Assembly (NCBI GenBank): GCA_045116295.1
Contig: JBGULQ010000005.1
Location: forward strand, 41,349 to 105,348
DNA: 64,000 nucleotides
Direction: 5' to 3'
Source of the DNA: Alphaproteobacteria bacterium
Lineage (GTDB): Bacteria > Pseudomonadota > Alphaproteobacteria > RF32 > CAG-239
Every line of letters begins with the position of its first letter. Within the stretch, counting starts at the first letter, position 1. Positions 38,924-48,537 of this stretch are shown here, one piece after another. Made by a program: the position numbers and the translations under genes. The notes beneath the pieces are model-generated. The model had not been told where the DNA came from. It made no database searches and saw only the letters and a list, made by a program, of their open reading frames with translations.

Positions 38924-39349
38924 ATGGAAACACAGTATTACACAGTTATTGAAAAACAGGACTTTTTTGAGATTATTGAAAATAAATACGGAGAGCTCGC
39001 TATTTTTATAGATGCACGAGAAGGCTCTCCCGTAAACCCGATTCTTGAATTTGACGGCAAAAAAACCGCACTTTTAAAACGAGATGGCAGACTTGCTGTA
39101 AGACTTGATAACATAGATGACGAAACCAAAGGCCCGCTTGCTGAGGCAGAATTTGTTATGATTGTTGAATTACAAGGCAAGACCGTTGAACGCGTATACG
39201 CGGTGCAAGTTGATAATGTTGAAGAGATTGTTTTCAAAGGTCGCCAAACACGAGCAGATGAGCTTGTTCTCGCCAAAAGCAAAGAAGATGTTATCAAAAG
39301 CTTTGGTGCTGTTCGCAGTTGGACCGGCGGTAGCTCAGAAAAGAAATAA
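38924..39349 (+). CDS. hypothetical protein (141 aa)
   Basis: The ORF sits immediately upstream of the EIIA-HPr genes. It has no recognisable motif. Confidence 0.55.
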   Translation: METQYYTVIEKQDFFEIIENKYGELAIFIDAREGSPVNPILEFDGKKTALLKRDGRLAVRLDNIDDETKGPLAEAEFVMIVELQGKTVERVYAVQVDNVEEIVFKGRQTRADELVLAKSKEDVIKSFGAVRSWTGGSSEKK

Positions 39350-39360
39350 AGGCAGAAGTA

Positions 39361-39759
39361 ATGCTTGGTTTAGTTTTAGTTACACATGGCAATTTGGCCA
39401 AAGAATTTGTGTCGGCAATGCAACATGTTGTTGGCAAACAAGAACAAATAGAAACAGTTTGCATAGGCCCTGATGACAATATGGAAGAACGCCGCGGAGA
39501 AATACTGAGTAAAGTAGAAAAAGTAAACAGTGGCGAAGGAACAATAGTTCTTACAGACCTTTTCGGCGGAACCCCTTCCAACCTCGCCATCTCAATTATG
39601 GATAAAGCAAATGTTGAAATCTTGGCCGGTGTAAACTTGCCGATGCTTATAAAAATCGCCTCTCTCCGCAAAGAAAAAAATCTTAAGGATACTGTTTTAG
39701 GTGGACAAGAAGCCGGCAAAAAATATATCAATATAGCCTCTCAACTGCTTGGTGAATAA
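39361..39759 (+). CDS. PTS EIIA, mannose/fructose family (regulatory alphaproteobacterial EIIA-Man)
   Basis: The N-terminal LVLVTHGNLAKEF carries the phosphorylatable His. 132 aa. Confidence 0.85.
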   Translation: MLGLVLVTHGNLAKEFVSAMQHVVGKQEQIETVCIGPDDNMEERRGEILSKVEKVNSGEGTIVLTDLFGGTPSNLAISIMDKANVEILAGVNLPMLIKIASLRKEKNLKDTVLGGQEAGKKYINIASQLLGE

Positions 39760-40030
39760 AATGAGCATAACCAAGGAACTTGAGATAAAAAATCGCAAAG
39801 GATTGCATGCCCGTGCAGCCGCAGCCTTTGTAAAGGTTGCAGAAAATTTTGCCGCAGAGATTAAGGTAGAAAGAATTGGCCAAACAGTCAGCGGCTGTTC
39901 CATCATGGGGCTTATGATGCTCGCCGCCGCCCAAGGTACAACCATAAAAGTATCTGCCGATGGTCCCGATGAACAAAAAGCAATAAAAGCCATAGCCGAA
40001 CTTGTCGACAATAAGTTTGGCGAAGACTAG
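39749..40030 (+). CDS. ptsH: phosphocarrier protein HPr
   Basis: The GLHARAAA active-site His15 region is present. 93 aa. It overlaps the EIIA stop. Confidence 0.9.
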   Translation: MVNKMSITKELEIKNRKGLHARAAAAFVKVAENFAAEIKVERIGQTVSGCSIMGLMMLAAAQGTTIKVSADGPDEQKAIKAIAELVDNKFGED

Positions 40031-40112
40031 TCAAAAGATTTACTATCATTGAAAAAAACAAAAAGTAACCTATATCCATTTTGGATTTAGGTTATTTTTT
40101 TAGGAGTAAAAC

Positions 40113-40223
40113 ATGAGTACATGCAGTGAAACAAAGAAACCTACTAAGGATACCAACACCCAATCAACCGCAAAACCAGAAAGCAAGGAACAAGGATGCG
40201 GGTGTGGAAACAAAAATAAATAA
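40113..40223 (+). CDS. unannotated small peptide (36 aa, MSTCSETKKPTKDTNTQSTAKPESKEQGCGCGNKNK)
   Basis: A TAGGAGTAAAAC sequence (AGGAG SD) lies 8 nt before the ATG. The same SD context occurs upstream of mlaF and radA. A strong hairpin terminator follows at once. The ORF is absent from the track because it is under 60 aa. Confidence 0.45.
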   Translation: MSTCSETKKPTKDTNTQSTAKPESKEQGCGCGNKNK

Positions 40224-40228
40224 TCAAA

Positions 40229-40256
40229 TAAAACCTCTCGAAAGAGAGGTTTTTTG
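40229..40256. terminator. bidirectional rho-independent terminator
   Basis: An AAACCTCTC-GAAA-GAGAGGTTT stem-loop is followed by TTTT. It serves the small peptide gene and the convergent minus-strand gene. Confidence 0.7.
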
Positions 40257-40257
40257 A

Positions 40258-41007
40258 TTATTTGAAAGCATCAACCCCGATTCTTCCGATTAATGGCAAT
40301 TTTATTGCCGGTCGATTCCAATCAATTCCAAAATTCAACCCTAATAATCCTATTTCGATTCCCTCAATCTTTCCTATTTCAAAAGACAATATTCCCCATA
40401 AAGAAAACTTGTAACCGGTGCCACTCGCTGTCGGTACTAAAAATGTTTTTGAACCGATATAATCCTTACCGATAGCCGTAGGCGGAAGTTCTATCGTAAG
40501 CTCGGGAACATTCCTGATAATGTACTCTACAAAAGTATTGCTATTTGGTCCCGGCCACAATGTGTATGTTGTCTTATACGGATAGCTTTTAACGGCGGCC
40601 TCAATTTTGGGAATAGCAAGTTCTGCCTTTTCTCCAATCAAGCTCTGCAACAATTGAGGTTTTCTTCCGTACCAATATCTGTCCGGTAAATCCGGATGTG
40701 CATAGACAGCGGTTTTTTCATAAAACATATTCCAACCGGTAACCTGATATACCGTATAATGATCATCTCCTTTTTTCTTTACAGCCACCCAAGGATGTAC
40801 AGCAAAATAGCCACGCCAATTATAGACCCTTGCGGTATAAACCTGAACCACAGCCTCATCAGTATCTTCAACTTTTGGAGCAATACCTGCACTACTGCGG
40901 TTTGCGGTTTGCCAGTTAACATAATTAAATATCATATCGTACATTAAAAATACGCATATGCCTATAATTGTCAGCCAAATCATGTTTTTTTTACTAACTT
41001 TTTTCAT
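40258..41007 (-). CDS. conserved hypothetical membrane-anchored protein (DUF3750-like, low confidence)
   Basis: It has an N-terminal TM helix and 249 aa. It sits downstream of recF and overlaps it by 4 nt. Confidence 0.65.
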   Translation of the reverse strand: MKKVSKKNMIWLTIIGICVFLMYDMIFNYVNWQTANRSSAGIAPKVEDTDEAVVQVYTARVYNWRGYFAVHPWVAVKKKGDDHYTVYQVTGWNMFYEKTAVYAHPDLPDRYWYGRKPQLLQSLIGEKAELAIPKIEAAVKSYPYKTTYTLWPGPNSNTFVEYIIRNVPELTIELPPTAIGKDYIGSKTFLVPTASGTGYKFSLWGILSFEIGKIEGIEIGLLGLNFGIDWNRPAIKLPLIGRIGVDAFK

Positions 41008-42224
41008 ACCTGCGTAACCATATTATTTTTAATTTCGAAAAAATCCGCCTCCTTGCTTAAAGAAGTAAAAATATCTCGGTTTGTAGAAGTAATCCATGCC
41101 TGAAGCCCGAGATTTTTTATCTTGTCGAGCAATGCTTCGCGCTTTATATCATCGAGATGTGCCGCAATCTCATCAAGCAGCAAAACAGGAGCAAAACCCT
41201 GATACAAAATCTGGCATTTTGTTTGAGCCAAAATAATGCTTATCAGCAGAGATTTTTGCTCGCCGGTTGAACAAAGCTCTGCCGGCATATGCTTGCGCTT
41301 ATATGTAACCTTAAAATCCGTGCGATTTACTCCGTCAACATTATCGTTATACAAAACATTTCGTCGCTCGTTTTTTAGCTTATTAATATAAAAATCTTCG
41401 ACATCAACCGCCGGCATCTTATCAAGCATTTTTTCAATTACGCCGTCGAGTTCCACAATCACATTAGGAAAAACATCATCAGGCTCATTCTCAATAAAAC
41501 TATTCAGACGTGCAATTTGCTCTCGGCGTGCCGCAGCTATTGCCACACCGATGGCTGCCATATTTTCTTCGATTCCCTCCAACCATGCATTGTCTGCGCG
41601 CCCATTGGTGCTTTTAATCAATTGGTACCATTGTTTATAGAGATGCTCAAAATTTGCCGTTCTCTTAGCGTGTTCATTATCAAATGCAAAAACCAAACGA
41701 TCCAAAAAACTCCTACGTGGCTGTGATCCTCCTCTGAATAATCTATCCATTTGCGGAGTAAGCCATATTGCGGAGAGATAATGCCCCAACTCGCCTTGAG
41801 ATGGTGCTTTTTGCCCATCTATTTTTACGATTCTTTTGTTATAACCGCCGACATCATCATCTTCTTCTGATCTTGGAGTATTTTCGACAGCGGTGCCTAT
41901 TTCAAAATCTTCGCCGTTTTTATATACAGTAGCCGATACTGCCCAAGAACTGTTTGACGGCGCATAATCATTACCAACGACTGCAGGGGTAAATCTCCTG
42001 ATGTCCGTCAATCTTGCCCCTCTTAAACCTCTTCCCGGTGTTAAAAAGGATACTGCTTCTAATATATTTGTTTTTCCGCTTCCGTTTTCACCGGTAATAA
42101 TTATCGGGCGCAGGGTCGTATTCAGTCGCAAAAAAGCATAGTTCCTAAAGTCAGTTAAAGTCAGGCGTGTCACACCTGACTTTTTGCTGGTAACTGTCTG
42201 TATGTTTTGCGCTAAGCTGTCCAC
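41004..42224 (-). CDS. recF: DNA replication and repair protein RecF
   Basis: Walker A GENGSGKTN and the signature motif are present. It follows dnaN. Confidence 0.9.
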   Translation of the reverse strand: MDSLAQNIQTVTSKKSGVTRLTLTDFRNYAFLRLNTTLRPIIITGENGSGKTNILEAVSFLTPGRGLRGARLTDIRRFTPAVVGNDYAPSNSSWAVSATVYKNGEDFEIGTAVENTPRSEEDDDVGGYNKRIVKIDGQKAPSQGELGHYLSAIWLTPQMDRLFRGGSQPRRSFLDRLVFAFDNEHAKRTANFEHLYKQWYQLIKSTNGRADNAWLEGIEENMAAIGVAIAAARREQIARLNSFIENEPDDVFPNVIVELDGVIEKMLDKMPAVDVEDFYINKLKNERRNVLYNDNVDGVNRTDFKVTYKRKHMPAELCSTGEQKSLLISIILAQTKCQILYQGFAPVLLLDEIAAHLDDIKREALLDKIKNLGLQAWITSTNRDIFTSLSKEADFFEIKNNMVTQV

Positions 42225-43343
42225 TTATACCCTCATCGGCATCAATACATAGATAGCACTGGAATCAGAAGTGTCGTGAATAATTGAGGGAGAAGATGCA
42301 TCAGAAAAACTGATTTGAACCGCTTCGCCTTTAATCTCAGATAAAATATCCAATAAATAACGGAAATTGTAGCCAATCTCAAGAGATTCATTGTCATATT
42401 TTGCATCTAACTCTTCCGATGCTGATCCCAAATCAGGACTTGCGGTTGTAATAACAACTTTTCCCGTCTCAGTAATCATCTTAATAGCGCGTGTTCTTTC
42501 TGCAACAACCGAAACACGGTCAACGGCATTAGCCAACTCTTTTACCTGAACTTCAAGCAATTTATCTGTATCCGTCGGAATAACCCGCTCATAATCCGGA
42601 TAAGTTCCATCAATCAGTTTTGATGTAAGAGTAACTTCTTCAAGCGTAAAACGAACTTTGTTATCTGACAATGCTACAGAAATATTTTCGGCTTTTGTAT
42701 CGTCAAGCAACTTACGGACTTCGCTTACGGTTTTTCTCGGAATAATAACGCCGGCAATTTTCTCGGCACCGGCCGGTAACGGAGATTCTACACAAGCCAA
42801 ACGATGTCCGTCGGTGGCAACAACGCGCAATACTTTAGTTGCTCCTTCGCTTTTTGCATGGACATAAAGTCCGTTCAAATAATATCTTGTTTCTTCTGTT
42901 GATACGGCAAACTGTGTGCGATCAATAACGTCTTTAAGTTCTTCTCTTGCCATGCTGAAATTGATCGGCAACTTATCTCCGGAAATAACCGGAAAATCTT
43001 CAACACCGATAGTAGAAAGCGCAAATTTTGAACGTCCTGAAGCAATGGTTAACTGCCCTTTGTCATCAGGAAAAGTCAACTCAACCTCTGATCCGTCTGA
43101 CAGCTTACGAACAATGTCATACAGCATATGAGCCGGAGCGGTGGTGGCTCCTGTTTCGGCAATTTTAGCATCAACAATCTCAGTAATTTCCGTATCCATA
43201 TCGGTTGCCTTAAAGCTTATGCCGTCACCTAGAGCTTCAATACGTACATTTGACAATACCGGAATGGTATTGCGTTTTTCAACAATACTTTGAATATGAC
43301 TCAAAGTTTTTAATAAAATAGCGCGTTCAATAACAAATTTCAT
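42225..43343 (-). CDS. dnaN: DNA polymerase III beta subunit (sliding clamp)
   Basis: It has 372 aa and a three-domain clamp. It abuts the recF start. Confidence 0.95.
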   Translation of the reverse strand: MKFVIERAILLKTLSHIQSIVEKRNTIPVLSNVRIEALGDGISFKATDMDTEITEIVDAKIAETGATTAPAHMLYDIVRKLSDGSEVELTFPDDKGQLTIASGRSKFALSTIGVEDFPVISGDKLPINFSMAREELKDVIDRTQFAVSTEETRYYLNGLYVHAKSEGATKVLRVVATDGHRLACVESPLPAGAEKIAGVIIPRKTVSEVRKLLDDTKAENISVALSDNKVRFTLEEVTLTSKLIDGTYPDYERVIPTDTDKLLEVQVKELANAVDRVSVVAERTRAIKMITETGKVVITTASPDLGSASEELDAKYDNESLEIGYNFRYLLDILSEIKGEAVQISFSDASSPSIIHDTSDSSAIYVLMPMRV

Positions 43344-43461
43344 AGCATTATTCCGAAAAAATTAAACTCTGGGTAGATTCCTACCCTCTGCAATAATATC
43401 ACAAGATATTGCTTTCAAAACTTAAAAGAGTAAATATTCAACAGCTTTTTTGCAGATTCGC

Positions 43462-43872
43462 TTACAATTTGTATTTGTTCAAAAAATTACAAATCGGCAA
43501 AAACAAATTATCCGGCAACTTATCTTTTGGAAACCATCGCCACTCTGCACATTTATCAGGCTCTTTAACCACCGGCTCTCCTAAAAAATAAACTGTCTTT
43601 AATATGGCAGTAACATAGTGTTTTCCGCTTTCTTTGAAAAAGTCATTCGTAACTCCGCAGACCGACAAATCCTGCTTGTTCAGTATCAAACCTGTTTCTT
43701 CTGCGGTTTCACGCACGCCCGCCTCTTCAAAACTTTCACCATATTCAAGATGTCCGCCCGGCGGGCACCAGGTTCCTTCTCCATGCTTAGATTTTCTCAG
43801 CCCCAGTAATATCTCGTTCTTGTTGTTATAAATCAGAACGCCGACACCGACTTTTACAATTTTTTCTTCCAT
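43462..43872 (-). CDS. NUDIX hydrolase
   Basis: Nudix box GGHLEYGESFEEAGVRETAEETG. 136 aa. Confidence 0.85.
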   Translation of the reverse strand: MEEKIVKVGVGVLIYNNKNEILLGLRKSKHGEGTWCPPGGHLEYGESFEEAGVRETAEETGLILNKQDLSVCGVTNDFFKESGKHYVTAILKTVYFLGEPVVKEPDKCAEWRWFPKDKLPDNLFLPICNFLNKYKL

Positions 43873-43919
43873 AAAATCCCTTACGAAAAAAGCCGGAACA
43901 AGTCCGGCTTTATTTTTTG

Positions 43920-45368
43920 TTATGCCTCTAAAGACCGACGTAAAACCTCAACGCTCTCAGCAACGCTCGAATCTTCTTTTATAAGTTCCTCAACCTTGCG
44001 TACCGCATGCATAACCGTTGTGTGATCGCGGTCAAATTTACGACCGATTTCCGGCAATGAACGCAGAGTTAAAAGCTTGGCCAAATACATGGCGATTTGA
44101 CGAGGCCTTGCAACCGTTCTTGCTCTACGGGAAGACTGCATCTCTTTGACCGATATGTTAAAGTGTTCTGCAACTTTTTTCTGAATTTCATCAATAGTTG
44201 TTCTGCGGTCATAAGAACGCAACATGTCTTTCAAAACATCTTGTGTGTTCTCCAGAGTTATTTCTTTGCCCGGCAATAATTGTGTATGGGCAATAATACG
44301 GCGCAAGGCTCCTTCCAACTCACGAATGTTTGACGTAATCTTTTGAGCCAAAAATTCAGCAACCTTTTGTGGCAATTCGCAATTCAGCTGTTTAGCTTTT
44401 GCCTGCAAAATACCAATTCTCAAGTCAAAATCTGTCGGATGAATATCTGCAACCAAACCGCAACCCAAACGAGAGCGCAGGCGGGTTTCGATTCCCTCTA
44501 AATCAGATGGCGATTTGTCTGCTGAAATAATTATCTGACGACCTTCTTCAATCAATGAATTGAAGGTATAGAAAAACTCCTCTTGTGTGGTATCTTTTCC
44601 ACCCATAAATTGAACATCATCAACCATCAGTACATCAACGGATCTGAATTGTTCCTTAAAAGCGGCAGTATCTTTGTAGCGCAAAGCTCTAACAAATTTA
44701 TACATAAATTTTTCGGCAGAAAGATAAACAATGTTTTTATTCGGATTTCTTTGCTTAATTCTCCAAGCAATTGCGTGCATAAGGTGGGTTTTACCCAAAC
44801 CTACACCGGAGTATAAAAACAGCGGATTAAACGGAATGTCATCGGATTCTGCCACCTTTTTTGCAGCAGCATAAGCAAATTCATTGGTCTTGCCGACAAC
44901 AAAATTTTCAAAAGTATACTGAGGGTTGAGCGGCACGGACAGAGACTGGTTAGCGTCAGAAACATATCCTGCTTCCGAAGAAATATTGCCGATACCGGAT
45001 TGATATATATTTTGCGGTGCCGGACTTGATGAAATTTTCTTTAATAAAGATCTGCAAGTAGAGTTATGAACGCCGGTTGCAATACCCTCATCTGCAGCTT
45101 GAACGATAAAATTAATGCTTTTAATGTTTGGATTCTTTTTCCCCCAAATTTTATGGATTCTGTCAGAATAATTTGTGATCACCCAGTTGCGCATAAAACG
45201 TGTCGGCACACTTATATTCATGACACCGCTGGAAAAAGAGCTGACACTCAATGGCTTTAGCCAACTGTCAAAAGCTTTTTCTCCGACTTCTTGTTTTAAT
45301 TGTGAGCAAATTTGTCCCCATTCGTTTTGGACAGCTTCGTTATTGTTTGTAGCTGCTTCGCTAACCAT
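43920..45368 (-). CDS. dnaA: chromosomal replication initiator DnaA
   Basis: An AAA+ module with GVGLGKTHL and a C-terminal DNA-binding domain are present. 482 aa. Confidence 0.97.
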   Translation of the reverse strand: MVSEAATNNNEAVQNEWGQICSQLKQEVGEKAFDSWLKPLSVSSFSSGVMNISVPTRFMRNWVITNYSDRIHKIWGKKNPNIKSINFIVQAADEGIATGVHNSTCRSLLKKISSSPAPQNIYQSGIGNISSEAGYVSDANQSLSVPLNPQYTFENFVVGKTNEFAYAAAKKVAESDDIPFNPLFLYSGVGLGKTHLMHAIAWRIKQRNPNKNIVYLSAEKFMYKFVRALRYKDTAAFKEQFRSVDVLMVDDVQFMGGKDTTQEEFFYTFNSLIEEGRQIIISADKSPSDLEGIETRLRSRLGCGLVADIHPTDFDLRIGILQAKAKQLNCELPQKVAEFLAQKITSNIRELEGALRRIIAHTQLLPGKEITLENTQDVLKDMLRSYDRRTTIDEIQKKVAEHFNISVKEMQSSRRARTVARPRQIAMYLAKLLTLRSLPEIGRKFDRDHTTVMHAVRKVEELIKEDSSVAESVEVLRRSLEA

Positions 45369-45679
45369 TATCTTTGCATCCTCATAAGTAATAGGTTAAA
45401 CAATATTTCATAGTCGATGAAATTTTGTGACCGGTAATCAAAAAACATTTCTTTTTTTAATGATTCTGATTTTCGGATTCTTTGAGATTCTATTTATATA
45501 CAAACAGCGTTTACATATTAGAACTCAAAGCTTTCATCGATTTGATGGTCAAATCATAAAAGGTTAAAAAATAAAAAACAACAGAACAATTACAGAACAT
45601 TGCAATTAAATTTCTTGACAGGCTTTTTATACTGAGTCGCCCAGATTCTCTAGTGTTTAGGATACAAAAAGACAAAAAA

Positions 45680-45715
45680 CCACACCCTCGATTCTACGCA
45701 GAGGGGTGATTTTTT
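45680..45715. terminator. bidirectional rho-independent terminator downstream of rpsT
   Basis: A CACCCTC ... GAGGGGTG stem is flanked by T-runs on both strands. Confidence 0.7.
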
Positions 45716-45736
45716 GCCAATAGATTTTTATTAAAA

Positions 45737-45997
45737 TTAAAGAGCTTTAATTTTAGCAGACAAGCGAGAAATAGTTCTTGAAACAGTGTTACGATGCATA
45801 ACACCTTTATTAACAGCTTTCATCAATTCAGATTCTGCTGTAATGAAAGCAGTCTGAGCCAAAGCCTTGTCTTTAGCAACAACAGCTGCTTCAACTTTTT
45901 TAACAAAAGTGCGAACTCTGCTTCTGCGAGCGCCGTTAATCATACTGCGCTTATTATTTCTTCTAATTCTTGTTTTTGCCGATTTATGGTTGGCCAT
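45737..45997 (-). CDS. rpsT: 30S ribosomal protein S20
   Basis: It has 86 aa with an [14 protein letters not shown]-type N-terminus. It lies upstream of dnaA, as in Rhizobiales. Confidence 0.95.
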   Translation of the reverse strand: MANHKSAKTRIRRNNKRSMINGARRSRVRTFVKKVEAAVVAKDKALAQTAFITAESELMKAVNKGVMHRNTVSRTISRLSAKIKAL

Positions 45998-46107
45998 TTT
46001 TCTTTATTCCTTAAAATTAAGTTAATTCAAAAATTTTCTGATATGCTTTATAAACTCTTATATGGCTTTAAGTCAACACAATTTTTTTCAAAAAATGTTT
46101 TTTAAAA

Positions 46108-46857
46108 CTATTTTTCCAGCATTTTTTCAAGGTTAAGTTTATATTCATCGGATTCGAGTGCTGTTTTGTATACTTGCTTTTCAATATCCAATCCTTCTTC
46201 CAAAATTGTGTTTCCCACAGCGGTTTTGACTAGTTCTTTTGATGTAAGCAAAGCATTTTCAGGCATAGAAGCTATTATTCCGGCTTCTTTCATGGTCTCA
46301 TCGTGCAAATACATTAACGGGATAATCCTGCTTACCAATCCGATTCTATCTGCTTCTGCTGCCCCCATTGCGCGTCCCGATAAAATCATCTCCATTGCTT
46401 TTGCTTTGCCAACGGCCTTTGTCAGTCGCTGTGTTGCGCCAAATCCCGGCACTGTGCCCAAGCACAAATCTGGTACGGCAAAATATGTATTATCCGAACA
46501 AAATATCATATCGCATGCCAAAGCCAATTCAAAACCGATTCCCACGGCATAACCGCTGATTTCTGCAATCAAAGGTTTTTTTACTTCAGATATTTTATCA
46601 AAATCATCAAGCATACTTTCAAGCATACTGGTGTTGACCGTTTTTACAAATTCCGTTGCATTAATTCCGGATGAAAAATTTTTTTCAGATCCTCGCAGCA
46701 CAATTACTCTTACATCGTCATCAGCATCCAGCATCGAAATTTTTGTAGCCAAAGTTTCCAATACGTTTTCATTAATGGTGTTCAAACCGTTATGGCTTGA
46801 CATTGTAACCAAGCCAATCTGATTTTGTTTTTCAACAAATACGTCTGTCGTACTCAT
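46108..46857 (-). CDS. enoyl-CoA hydratase/isomerase (crotonase) family protein
   Basis: A crotonase fold and the oxyanion-hole region GYAVGIGFELALACD are present. 249 aa. Confidence 0.85.
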   Translation of the reverse strand: MSTTDVFVEKQNQIGLVTMSSHNGLNTINENVLETLATKISMLDADDDVRVIVLRGSEKNFSSGINATEFVKTVNTSMLESMLDDFDKISEVKKPLIAEISGYAVGIGFELALACDMIFCSDNTYFAVPDLCLGTVPGFGATQRLTKAVGKAKAMEMILSGRAMGAAEADRIGLVSRIIPLMYLHDETMKEAGIIASMPENALLTSKELVKTAVGNTILEEGLDIEKQVYKTALESDEYKLNLEKMLEK

Positions 46858-46860
46858 ATC

Positions 46861-47223
46861 TTAATCCTTACTTTTCAGAGTTACTCTGACCAAAAGCGGT
46901 CTGTTTTTTTCCAGTACTATATCCAAAACTTCCATATCACGCTCAAAATGTAAAGAGGTTTCTTTTTTGCCAACAAATTTCCATCCTAATTGTGGTAATG
47001 TGTTTTGATAAAAATCATTAATTTTGCTAAACTTAATTTTTTGAGAACTTATATATGCCTCATCAAAACGGCTTTCATCGTTTCCAAAAGAAATATTTGC
47101 ACTATGAATTTGTTTTACTCCTTCCGGTAGCGGAATATCATCCATGCCCTCAATGAACTCTCCTCCCAACGCCGGAGATGATAACAATAACAACGTAATG
47201 CATATTATGTTAAATATTTTCAT
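46861..47223 (-). CDS. small secreted hypothetical protein (120 aa)
   Basis: The signal peptide MKIFNIICITLLLLSSPALG is present. It is packed tightly between mutM and the crotonase gene. Confidence 0.55.
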   Translation of the reverse strand: MKIFNIICITLLLLSSPALGGEFIEGMDDIPLPEGVKQIHSANISFGNDESRFDEAYISSQKIKFSKINDFYQNTLPQLGWKFVGKKETSLHFERDMEVLDIVLEKNRPLLVRVTLKSKD

Positions 47224-47229
47224 TTTTCC

Positions 47230-48069
47230 TCACTTTTGCAAAGTTGGACAATAAAAAGTTGATCGTCCGGATTGAACTATTTTATGGATTCCTCCGGTTT
47301 TCTTAAAATTGCAAGTGCAATTCGGGCAACGTTCACCGGTTTTGTTATACACGCAATGCAGATTCTGAAAATATCCCAAACTCCCGTCAGGTTTGTGATA
47401 GTCTCTCAATGTTGAGCCGCCGTTTTCAATAGCTTTCTGCAAAATTGTTCTGGTATTATCAATAATGTTTTTGCACTCACTCACTGAAATCATGTTTGCC
47501 GAACGCAAGGGAGAAATTCGTGATGCATACAAAATTTCCGAAGCATAAATATTCCCGATTCCATTAATAATTTCTTGGTTTAACAGTGCGGTTTTAATTG
47601 GAATTTTCTTTCCTTGCAAATGTTCAAACAAATATTCCTTGTTCAAAGTTTTATCAAAGGGGTCTTTACCCATGTTTTTCAGCCCTCTGAAACTTGATAT
47701 TTCAGCCGTTGGACAGTATGTAAACAGACCAAACCGTCGAGGATCATTATATACCAAATATCCCGCGGTGGTCTGCAAAATAATGTGGTCATGTTTTTCC
47801 AAAATATCAGGCTTTACCTTAAAAGTCTTGATTCTTCCGCTCATGCCCAAATGCCATATTACGGATATTTTGTTATCAAAGTTAATAACTATATATTTGC
47901 CGATACGACTATAGCCGACAATCTTTGCTCCGACTAATCTGGATTCGATATCTTCAGGCACAATCTCACGAAACCGCCTGTTTCGAACTTCCAAGCTCAA
48001 AACTTTTGCCCTACCGATAAAGGCGGCGATACCGTTTTTGACTGTTTCTACCTCTGGCAATTCAGGCAT
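47230..48069 (-). CDS. mutM: formamidopyrimidine-DNA glycosylase
   Basis: The N-terminal catalytic MPELPEVE and a C-terminal zinc finger are present. Confidence 0.95.
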   Translation of the reverse strand: MPELPEVETVKNGIAAFIGRAKVLSLEVRNRRFREIVPEDIESRLVGAKIVGYSRIGKYIVINFDNKISVIWHLGMSGRIKTFKVKPDILEKHDHIILQTTAGYLVYNDPRRFGLFTYCPTAEISSFRGLKNMGKDPFDKTLNKEYLFEHLQGKKIPIKTALLNQEIINGIGNIYASEILYASRISPLRSANMISVSECKNIIDNTRTILQKAIENGGSTLRDYHKPDGSLGYFQNLHCVYNKTGERCPNCTCNFKKTGGIHKIVQSGRSTFYCPTLQK

Positions 48070-48139
48070 ATTTTATCCCTTCTTAAACTGACATTCAGTA
48101 TAAAAGGTTAAGACATTTTTGCAAACACTTATTTGCTGA

Positions 48140-48436
48140 TTATTGAATTGTTGTTACTATCTCGTTTATAAAAGATTTGCTACCGATTCCATGCCGTCTG
48201 GTTTTTATATCTCCGAGCGACGATTTATTATAAAAATATAGCATGATAAAGAGTCGGGTGTAGTACGTAAGCCCGAGCCCGCAGTGATTACTGTTTTCCA
48301 TAACTTCCAAAAAGTCGTTTCTGGATATTTGTTCGCACGAGCAGATCAAATCTAACAATTGCCACTCTTTTGAGCACAATCTCATGCTCGTTCGTCTGTT
48401 ATTGATAAATAAAACCTTATTTAACAGTTTGGTCAT
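48140..48436 (-). CDS. hypothetical protein (98 aa)
   Basis: The ORF is the only evidence. It diverges from the J-domain gene. It may be spurious. Confidence 0.35.
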   Translation of the reverse strand: MTKLLNKVLFINNRRTSMRLCSKEWQLLDLICSCEQISRNDFLEVMENSNHCGLGLTYYTRLFIMLYFYNKSSLGDIKTRRHGIGSKSFINEIVTTIQ

Positions 48437-48537
48437 TTTTCTGCCCTTACAACAAATGCTATTGCTATTATCATTCTACAATAGTATATTAAAACGATAT
48501 ATTAATACAACTAAAAAAAGAAAAAAAATAACAGCAA

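Noticed and set aside
45369-45736. Calling this the replication origin (oriC)
   Set aside because: I could not find convincing consensus DnaA boxes (TTATCCACA) here. In Rhizobiales and Caulobacter the origin is usually near hemE and not next to dnaA. Only GANTC enrichment is supported.
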